A DNA stretch of 64,000 nucleotides from Chloroflexota bacterium (GTDB lineage: Bacteria; Chloroflexota; Dehalococcoidia; Lucifugimonadales; UBA3495). Both the position numbers and the translations under genes were made by a program. The notes under the pieces are model-generated. The model had not been told where the DNA came from. It saw only the letters and a list, made by a program, of their open reading frames with translations, and ran no database searches. Positions 57,202 through 64,000 of the stretch are shown here, one piece after another; position 1 is the first letter of the stretch, and each line of letters starts with the position of its first letter. The stretch covers positions 103,195 through 167,194 of the forward strand of contig JAQBVF010000002.1 of NCBI GenBank assembly GCA_027623675.1. The letters are read 5' to 3'.

Positions 57202-58437
57202 CTAGATAACCCCCTGGGTCCGCAGGGAAGCGATCTCGGCCTGACTCAGGCCCAGGTCTTGCCCGTAGACGGCGTCGTTGTCCTGGCCCAGATTGGGCGC
57301 GGCGTTCGTTGCCGGTGAGACCTCTTGGCTGTCAAAGACGCCCACCGGATACTTCAGGTTGCCGGCCTCCGGGTGTTCCATCTCGAACCAGAAGTTGCTG
57401 GCCTCTAGCTGTGGGTCGGCCAGCAGGTCTGACACAGTGTTGACCGGGATGAAAACCAGGTTCCGTTCCTGTCCCTGGTGGAACAGTTCCTCGGAGGTGA
57501 AGCGGGTGGTGAAGTCGATGACCATGGCCGTGATGATGTCGTTGTGCGGGGCGCGGTCCTGGTTGCCGCCCTTGTAATCGTTGTTCAGGATCTCCTCGTT
57601 GCCGGTGACTTCGAACATCCACTGGGACAGGTTCTCCCACTCCCGGGGGGTGATGATTCCGGCGGAGATCCAGCCGTCGCTGCTGGGGTAGGCGCCAAGG
57701 GGTATCACCAGGGTGGAGTTGGTGCCGACCCTGGTTACGTTCTCGCCGCGCTGCATCCAGGCCAGGGCCGGGTGGGCGTCGGTGTAATAGGTGATCATCG
57801 CTTCCTGCATGGAAACGTCGATGTACTGCCCTGTTCCGCCCTGCATGTCCCGGTAGAATAGCGCGCCCATGATCGCTGTCGCGGCGTGCTGGGCGCCGGG
57901 GAAGTGGGACTGTTCATTGCCCTGCCGCAGGGGTGGGCCGTCGGGGTCGCCGGTGATCTGCATGAAGCCGCTGGCGGCCAGCGAGATCAGGTCGGAAGAC
58001 CGGTAACCGCTCCAGGGTCCGGTCTGCCCGAAGGGGGTCACCGAGGCCATCACCAAGCCTGGGTTGGCGGCGCTGAGCGTGTCGTAATCCAGGCCCAGCG
58101 ATCTCATGTAACCGACCGGGAAACTCTCAATGACCACGTCGGCGGTGGCGGCCAAACGCTTGAAAAGGTCTTGGCCTTGGGGACTTGTCAGGTCCACGGT
58201 TACCGAACGTTTATTGGTGTTGTAGAACAGGAAATAGGCGCTGCGTTCCGGGCCGGGCTGGTCCCCGACGAATGGGGGCCGCTGCCGGGTGGCGTCGCCG
58301 GCGGGCGGTTCCACCTTGATCACGTCCGCGCCGTAGTCGGCCAGCAGCTTGCCGCAGAACACGCCTTCGGGACCGGTCAGGTCCAGGATACGGTAGGGTG
58401 GCAGCAGGACACCGTCGGCGGGCGCTTGGAATGGCAT
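57202..58437 (-). CDS. Family III CoA-transferase, subunit lacking the catalytic Asp
   Basis: 'LLADYGADVIKVEPP.GD..R', 'NTNKRS', 'TPFGQTGP'. Has 'QSHF' at the Asp position. Confidence 0.88.
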   Translation of the reverse strand: MPFQAPADGVLLPPYRILDLTGPEGVFCGKLLADYGADVIKVEPPAGDATRQRPPFVGDQPGPERSAYFLFYNTNKRSVTVDLTSPQGQDLFKRLAATADVVIESFPVGYMRSLGLDYDTLSAANPGLVMASVTPFGQTGPWSGYRSSDLISLAASGFMQITGDPDGPPLRQGNEQSHFPGAQHAATAIMGALFYRDMQGGTGQYIDVSMQEAMITYYTDAHPALAWMQRGENVTRVGTNSTLVIPLGAYPSSDGWISAGIITPREWENLSQWMFEVTGNEEILNNDYKGGNQDRAPHNDIITAMVIDFTTRFTSEELFHQGQERNLVFIPVNTVSDLLADPQLEASNFWFEMEHPEAGNLKYPVGVFDSQEVSPATNAAPNLGQDNDAVYGQDLGLSQAEIASLRTQGVI

Positions 58438-58607
58438 GTTGGTCCTTGGTGCGGGATGGTCTCGGCGGGACCGTATACGCCCCATGGGCGGCATTGGCGA
58501 TTGTAATTAGCCCCTAGGGGACAGTCAAGGCGGATGCGGGGAATGAGCCTTCGGCCGCCGGCAAGTCTGATTCATGCCAATCAAGAGACTTTCGATCGGG
58601 GCGGAGA

Positions 58608-58785
58608 CGATGGTTCGACTGGCTCACCATGAGCGGCACTCGGGTGGCGAGCATTGCAACTGGGTTGACCTGAATCGCGAGTAGGGTGGCCAGCATTGCG
58701 GCTGGGGTGGCCAGCATCGCGGGGAGGGTGGCTCGGATTGCATCGTGGTTCCGCTCATCCTGAGGCTCTCGAAGGACCGGACCAG
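58608..58785. repeat. REP/REPIN-like element, copy 1 (178 bp)
   Basis: Imperfect terminal inverted arms ATGGTTCGACTGGCTCACCATGAGCGG ... CCGCTCATCCTGAGGCTCTCGAAGGAC, with internal 21-bp sub-repeats. Confidence 0.8.
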
Positions 58786-58821
58786 TCAAATCATTGGTGA
58801 TGCAAGTTGGCTTACCCGGAG

Positions 58822-59000
58822 CGATGGTTCGACGGCCTCACCATGAGCGGAACTCGGGTGGCGAGCATTGCAACTGGGGTTGGCCCGAATCCCGAGTAGG
58901 GTGGCCAGCATTGCGGCTGGTGTGGCCAGCGTTGCGACGAGGGTGACTCGGATTGCCTCGTGGTTCCGCTCATCCTGAGGCTCTCGAAGGACCGGGCCAG
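58822..59000. repeat. REP/REPIN-like element, copy 2 (179 bp)
   Basis: Direct repeat of 58608-58785 with scattered substitutions, separated by a 36-bp spacer. Confidence 0.8.
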
Positions 59001-59099
59001 CGACGAGCCTGGACCGCCAAAGCCACGGCTTCGGAGGGTATCCAGCGGGCTTGAAGCTACTGCTATAATCATGCGGTCTGGACAAGAACAAGGAATCGC

Positions 59100-60374
59100 A
59101 TGAGAACCCTATTATCAACCACTCGTGACCGGTTTCTCCTGGCCCTGCAATACCGGGACTACCGAAACCTCTGGATCGCGACTACTTTCTCCGCTTCCGC
59201 CGCCTGGGCGCTGATCATTGCCCGAGGCTGGCTGGCCTTCGAACTTACCGACGGCTCCCTATGGGTGGGAGTCGTCACCTTCGCGGCCATCGCGCCCAGG
59301 GTGTTCTCCACTCCCATCGCTGGTTTCCTGGCCGACCGGTTCGACCGCCAGCAGTTATTACGCTGGATCTTCGCCCTGAACATGGGCAACAACATCCTGC
59401 TGGCCGTGCTGGTAATGAACGGACTGGCCGGACCATGGGTGCTGACGTTCCTGGCACTGGCCAACGGCACTCTGAGGGCCAGCCAGATGACCACCGCCAC
59501 GGCTCTGATTCCCAACCTGGTGGAGAAAGAGCACCTGTTGAACGCCATCGCTCTCAACCAGGCCACTCAGCAGGGCGCGCGCATGGTTGGGGCACTGGCC
59601 ATCGTGCCGCTTCTGGGCTTCTTGAATATCGAGGCCGCTTTCTGGCTCTGCAGCGGCTTCTATCTCCTCGGATTCGTGATGGTGTCCCGGGTCGAAACGC
59701 GGTCCACCGGGGTGATCAACAAGAGCCAGGGGTTCTTGGCCAACCTGTTCGAGGGGTTCGTCTACGTCTACAAGCGGCCCATCATCATGTCCATGGTGCT
59801 GCTGGTGCTGGCCCACTGCGCCCTGACCATGTCCTACGAGTCCATCCTGCCGGCGATCTCCGAAGACAAATTGGACGCCGGCTCCGTGGGGGTCAGCTAC
59901 CTGATCGCCGGCGTTGGCGGCGGGGCGCTGCTGGCGTCCATATTCCTGGCCGGAGTCAGAAGCGATTCGGTCCGGGGCAAGCTGTTCCTGTTCTTCGCCT
60001 TCACCAGCGGGCTGGGCCCGGTATTGCTGGCGTGGTCCGACAGCCCCATGCTGTCCATCGCCGCCACGATCACGATGGGCATCAACCAGGCCGGGTTCAT
60101 GACCATCAGCCACACCATCATCCAGACCCTCACCGAGGACCATGTCCGGGGCCGGGTGGCCGGCGTCTACTCGGTCCACGTGGGCGGCAGCATGGCCGTC
60201 ACCAACATGGCCAACGCCGCTCTCGCCGATGTGTTCAACGCCTCCGCGGTGCTGATCGTCGGCGGGCTGGCCTTCGCGGTGATCGTCCTAATCAGCATGG
60301 GGAGCGCTCCCCTGCGGCGGCTCTACTTCCCCGATTCCGCGCCGGCCCCCAAGATTGGGGCAGCGGCCGACTAG
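59100..60374 (+). CDS. MFS transporter
   Basis: About 12 TM helices, 'GFLADRFDR', 'RGRVAG'. Confidence 0.92.
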   Translation: MRTLLSTTRDRFLLALQYRDYRNLWIATTFSASAAWALIIARGWLAFELTDGSLWVGVVTFAAIAPRVFSTPIAGFLADRFDRQQLLRWIFALNMGNNILLAVLVMNGLAGPWVLTFLALANGTLRASQMTTATALIPNLVEKEHLLNAIALNQATQQGARMVGALAIVPLLGFLNIEAAFWLCSGFYLLGFVMVSRVETRSTGVINKSQGFLANLFEGFVYVYKRPIIMSMVLLVLAHCALTMSYESILPAISEDKLDAGSVGVSYLIAGVGGGALLASIFLAGVRSDSVRGKLFLFFAFTSGLGPVLLAWSDSPMLSIAATITMGINQAGFMTISHTIIQTLTEDHVRGRVAGVYSVHVGGSMAVTNMANAALADVFNASAVLIVGGLAFAVIVLISMGSAPLRRLYFPDSAPAPKIGAAAD

Positions 60375-60404
60375 ACCTTCAGCAAAACCTAGCAGGAGCC
60401 ACAC

Positions 60405-61745
60405 ATGGCCGATACCACCGGCGAACTCGAACGATATCTGCAGTCGACTCCCAGGTCGAAGGCCCTTTGGGAAGACGCCAAGAATTACCTGCCGGGCGGG
60501 GACAGCCGGAACTCCATCTTCTGGGCGCCCTACCCCATCTTCGTTGACCGCGCCTCCGGCTGCCACGTGGTCGACTCCGACGGCGTTGACCGCCTGGATT
60601 TCATCGGCACCATGACCACGCTGATCCTGGGGCACTCGCCCAAGCCGGTGGTGGAGGCGGTGCAGAGCCAACTGGGCAACGGCATGGTCTACAACGCCCC
60701 CAGCCCCCATCAGACCCGCCTGGCCAAGCTGCTGTGCGAACGCATCCCCAGCTTCGACCTGGTCCGCTTCACCAATTCGGGGACCGAGGCCACCCTGAAC
60801 ACCATCCGGGCGGCCCGGGCCGTCACCGGGAAGAGCAAGATCGCCAAGGTTGAGGGCGGCTATCACGGCAGCCACGACCAGGTGAGCGTGAGCGTGCGGG
60901 TCAACCCGGCCAAGGCCGGCGAACGCAGTCACCCCGACGCGATGCCGGCCACCGAGGGACTTGCCGAAGGGACGCTGGACCAGGTGGTCGTGGTGCCATT
61001 CAACGAAACGGAGACCGCCCGGGAGGTACTGGAGGCGCACAGAGACGAGCTGGCGGCGGTGATCATCGAGCCCATGCTCGGCTCCGTGGGCATGCTGCCG
61101 GCCACCACCGAGTTCCTGGCCATGCTGCGTGAGTTCACCAAGGCCAACGGCATCATCCTGATCTTCGACGAAGTGATCAGCTACCGGGCGTCTTTTGGCG
61201 GCGCCCAGGAGTATTACGGCATCACGCCCGACATGACGTCTTTGGGCAAGATCATCGGCGGCGGGTTCGCCATCGGGGCCTTCGGCGGCCGCCGGGAGAT
61301 CATGGACCTTTACGACCCGTCGGCGGCGGGCGGGCCCAGGGTCGCCCACGCCGGCACGTTCAACGCCAACCCCATCACCATGCTGGCCGGCGCCGCCACG
61401 CTGGATGAACTGACGCCCGAGGTCTACCGCAAGCTGGCCGAGAAGACCGACCGGCTGCGTGCTGGGATACTCCAGGTGGGCGCGGAGTTGGAGGTTCCCA
61501 TCCAGGTGACCGGCCTGGGGTCGTTATTCGGCATCCATTTCACCGGCGAGAAACTGGTGGGCTACCGGGACATCGCCGCCGAGGACGCGGCCTTCCGCCA
61601 CCGGGTGTTCTTGGGGCTGCTGAACGAGGGCATCTTGATGGCGTCCAACTTGGTGGGCGCGGTCTCGACGGAGATCGGCGACGCTGAGATCGACACCTTC
61701 ACCACCGCCCTGCGCCGGGTGTTGGAGCGGACACAATCCGGTTAG
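60405..61745 (+). CDS. Class III aminotransferase, glutamate-1-semialdehyde aminomutase-like
   Basis: 'LPGGDSR', 'RFTNSGTEA', 'GGYHG', 'LIFDEV', 'LGKIIGGG', 'HAGTFNANP'. Confidence 0.9.
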   Translation: MADTTGELERYLQSTPRSKALWEDAKNYLPGGDSRNSIFWAPYPIFVDRASGCHVVDSDGVDRLDFIGTMTTLILGHSPKPVVEAVQSQLGNGMVYNAPSPHQTRLAKLLCERIPSFDLVRFTNSGTEATLNTIRAARAVTGKSKIAKVEGGYHGSHDQVSVSVRVNPAKAGERSHPDAMPATEGLAEGTLDQVVVVPFNETETAREVLEAHRDELAAVIIEPMLGSVGMLPATTEFLAMLREFTKANGIILIFDEVISYRASFGGAQEYYGITPDMTSLGKIIGGGFAIGAFGGRREIMDLYDPSAAGGPRVAHAGTFNANPITMLAGAATLDELTPEVYRKLAEKTDRLRAGILQVGAELEVPIQVTGLGSLFGIHFTGEKLVGYRDIAAEDAAFRHRVFLGLLNEGILMASNLVGAVSTEIGDAEIDTFTTALRRVLERTQSG

Positions 61746-61834
61746 TTCGGCTCCGCCGGGGAACACCCCCGAATGACCTGGACCACCGGAGGTACCTATA
61801 TCGCCGGAAGTACATATATCGAAGGAAGGCGACC

Positions 61835-62707
61835 ATGTTTGAAGGATTTGAAGAGCTTCAAGTAGAGGCCAATGGCACCACCATCAACCTGGTGAAGGGC
61901 GGCAGCGGGCCGGGGCTGCTGATGCTGCACGGTTACCCCCAGACCCACGCCATGTGGAACAAGATCGCGCCCCGTCTGGCCGAGGATTTCACGGTGGTCT
62001 GCCCCGACCTGCGCGGCTACGGTGACAGCGCCAAGGTCCAGGGCGACCCGGAGCATCTGAACTACTCCAAGCGGACCATGGGCCAGGACCAGGTTGACGT
62101 GATGCAGTCGCTGGGGTTCGACCAGTTCTTCCTGGTGGGCCACGACCGGGGCGGCCGGGTGTCCCACCGCCTGACCAAGGACCACCCGGATGCCGTGTTG
62201 AAGCTGGTCACCCTGGACATCATCCCGACCCACAAGATGTTCCAGATCGTGGACAAAGCGTTCGCCACTAACACCTGGCACTGGTTCTTCCTGATCCAGC
62301 CCTTCGACTTTCCGGAGCAGGTGATCGGCGCCAACCCCGAGTTCTACGCCAAGCGCGGGTTCGACCGCACCAAGGATGCCGATAAGGTGTTCACGCCGGA
62401 AGCGCTGGCCGACTATCTGCGCTGCTTCAGCAACCCTGGCACGATCCATGCCGTCTGCGAAGACTACCGGGCCGGCGCCAGCATCGACCTGGTGCATGAC
62501 GAGGCCGATTTCGATCAGAAAGTGGATTGCCCCATGCTGGTCCTGTGGAGTTCCACCGGCCACGTTGGGCGCACCCAGGACCCGCTGGCGGTCTGGCGGG
62601 ACTACGCCACCAACGTGCGGGGGCATTCGCTGCCCTGCGGCCACTACATCGCGGAGGAGATGCCCGACGAGTCCTACACGGCCATCAGGGATTTCCTGCT
62701 GGAGTAG
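61835..62707 (+). CDS. Fluoroacetate/haloacetate dehalogenase-like alpha/beta hydrolase
   Basis: 'HGYPQTH', Asp nucleophile 'GHDRGGRV', 'DIIPT', 'WHWFF', 'CEDYRA', 'CGHY..EE'. Confidence 0.85.
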   Translation: MFEGFEELQVEANGTTINLVKGGSGPGLLMLHGYPQTHAMWNKIAPRLAEDFTVVCPDLRGYGDSAKVQGDPEHLNYSKRTMGQDQVDVMQSLGFDQFFLVGHDRGGRVSHRLTKDHPDAVLKLVTLDIIPTHKMFQIVDKAFATNTWHWFFLIQPFDFPEQVIGANPEFYAKRGFDRTKDADKVFTPEALADYLRCFSNPGTIHAVCEDYRAGASIDLVHDEADFDQKVDCPMLVLWSSTGHVGRTQDPLAVWRDYATNVRGHSLPCGHYIAEEMPDESYTAIRDFLLE

Positions 62708-62765
62708 ACTCCGCGCTATACTCGGGCCACCCGATCAAATATCAAGAATAACGGAGGCAACAACC

Positions 62766-63104
62766 ATGGGTTCCATCAGACTTTACACCGGCGACGACGG
62801 CAACAGTCACATCGAGGAGATCGACCCGTCGGAACACCCGTCCTGGACCACCCTGCACAACGCCAAGGGGATCGTGTTCCGGGCCCAGCAGCCCGGCTTC
62901 TTCAGCGACTGGCACATCGCGCCGCGCCGCCAGTACATCATCACTCTGTCGGGCGAGGCTGAGATCGGCCTGAAGGACGGCACCGTCCACCGCCTGGGCG
63001 CCGGCGACGTGAACCTGGCCGAAGACCTAACCGGCGCCGGCCACACGACCCGTGTGGTAGGGGACGTGCCAAGGGTGACGGCGACGGTGCATCTGGAGGG
63101 GTAG
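62766..63104 (+). CDS. Small cupin-fold protein
   Basis: 'YTG.DG.SH.EE', 'WH.APRRQY', 'DG......GDV.LAED.TG.GH'. GGAGG RBS. Confidence 0.8.
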   Translation: MGSIRLYTGDDGNSHIEEIDPSEHPSWTTLHNAKGIVFRAQQPGFFSDWHIAPRRQYIITLSGEAEIGLKDGTVHRLGAGDVNLAEDLTGAGHTTRVVGDVPRVTATVHLEG

Positions 63105-63136
63105 GCGCGAACTGGGCGTTTTCACGGCGGAGATTG

Positions 63137-63165
63137 GTAGGGGCGGGTTTGAAACCCGCCCCTCC
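63137..63165. repeat. GTAG-type REP palindrome, probably also acting as a terminator
   Basis: GTAGGGGCGGGTTT-G-AAACCCGCCCCTCC between convergent genes. Confidence 0.75.
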
Positions 63166-63181
63166 GTTTGTCTTGAACTGT

Positions 63182-64000
63182 TTAGTTTCGTTCCAAGTAC
63201 CTTTTCACCAGTTCATTCACCTCCTGTGGAAGGGCTGGCCTCGACATGCTTCCATGTCGGATATAAGGGACTCCGCTCTTCGTGTAATAAACGGCCTCTG
63301 GGCCTTTCGGAACTTCCACCACTGCTATATTTTTCTTCTTAATTTTGATTTTGCGAATTCGCACCAGAAGACTCGGATTAATACCGTTTGAGGATATTCC
63401 TTCAATACGCGTTTTCAATTTATCTAGCCCGTCGGCGGTAGCAATTCCATCCAAACCCACAATCGTTCCATCGTCGGCAACACCGAGCAGGATTACTCCG
63501 GGGTTTGTCGTCCCAAACGCAGCCAATTCTTTGCCTAAATCATCTGCCTGTGTCGGAAATCCTTCCTTAAATTCGATGGTTTGGCCTTCGCCCTGGGGTA
63601 TTAGCTCCGCGAAATCAAGATTCCTAGGGTAAGCAAGTCCAGATTTCCGTTCGCGCCTCGAGAGCACCTCTTCAAGCAATTCAGAATGCCCGTATTGCGA
63701 GTAAAACCCGTCAAAATCCTTATCAAGATTGGTTAATTCAGACTCAATTGGCAAACTCGCTTCGGGTGGCATCAGTAAATCTGATTTGATTGAACTTAAT
63801 CGGTTAGTTAAATCGTCTTTTTGCAACAGGAGCGAAGACGCTATTGTGCGTATATTATCGTCCCAAAGAGTTACCCCAAAATCCGATACATAGTCGGCTG
63901 TCGGAGAGCCCACAATCTGAGGTGGACCCGGAAATTCGGACAGGTAGCTAAGTGAGAGTTCCGCTCCTAAAATAGCCACAGCTGTTGCTGTGAGGAAGGA
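63182..64000 (-). CDS. Schlafen/AlbA_2-domain protein, low GC; 5' end lies outside the window
   Basis: 'EGQTIEFKE', 'AAF.T..PGVILLGVADDG.IVG', 'PY.R.GS.S'. The frame stays open to the window edge. Confidence 0.85.
   Translation of the reverse strand, partial: SFLTATAVAILGAELSLSYLSEFPGPPQIVGSPTADYVSDFGVTLWDDNIRTIASSLLLQKDDLTNRLSSIKSDLLMPPEASLPIESELTNLDKDFDGFYSQYGHSELLEEVLSRRERKSGLAYPRNLDFAELIPQGEGQTIEFKEGFPTQADDLGKELAAFGTTNPGVILLGVADDGTIVGLDGIATADGLDKLKTRIEGISSNGINPSLLVRIRKIKIKKKNIAVVEVPKGPEAVYYTKSGVPYIRHGSMSRPALPQEVNELVKRYLERN

Noticed and set aside
58608..59000. CRISPR array
   Set aside because: Only two long (~178 bp) units, no short repeat/unique spacer series, and no cas genes.
58514..59118. 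Minus-strand ORFs with AMLATP repeats
   Set aside because: These are translations of the non-coding repeat elements, and the frames differ between the two copies.
45061..60547. Long antisense or alternate-frame ORFs (e.g. 45061-46275, 49494-50672, 55982-57067, 59261-60547)
   Set aside because: Shadow ORFs of high-GC3 genes. They overlap well-supported genes and carry no recognisable motifs.
60405..61745. Assignment as hemL
   Set aside because: GSAM-like, but 'PGGDSR' differs from the HemL 'PGGVNSPVR' motif and there is no tetrapyrrole context.

Overview
A GC-rich (roughly 60-65%) bacterial chromosome segment. The gene content suggests Chloroflexota/Dehalococcoidia, probably SAR202-like; this is an inference from many SDR, crotonase and family-III CoA-transferase paralogues, a homodimeric GlyRS, hisZ plus long hisG, and an Ig-like surface protein. 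In order, the window holds: the end of a Ni/peptide ABC transporter; a cobalamin-riboswitch-controlled cbtB-cbtA-chelatase (ChlI/ChlD-like) unit; glyQS and birA; two SDRs; a his operon (hisZ-hisG-[Zn-PLC-like]-hisD-hisC-hisB); a surface protein lying between an intact enoyl-CoA hydratase and a decayed copy of it; assorted catabolic genes; a cysteinyl-tRNA synthetase fused to a GT2 glycosyltransferase domain; meaB, hpf, nfeD/SPFH and a GGR-family gene; a FadR-regulated three-subunit 2-oxoacid:ferredoxin oxidoreductase of the oxalate-oxidoreductase type; an orphan higA; a CoA-transferase catabolic operon; tandem REP-like elements; a fluoroacetate-dehalogenase-like gene; and a low-GC Schlafen/AlbA_2 gene cut by the window edge. 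I found no rRNA, tRNA, CRISPR array or intact transposase. The strongest leads are the CysRS-GT2 fusion, the OOR-like enzyme with an altered active-site loop, a compositionally foreign cassette inside the GlyRS zinc ribbon, and a Zn-PLC-fold gene inside the his operon. All family assignments come from motif recognition by eye, not database searches.
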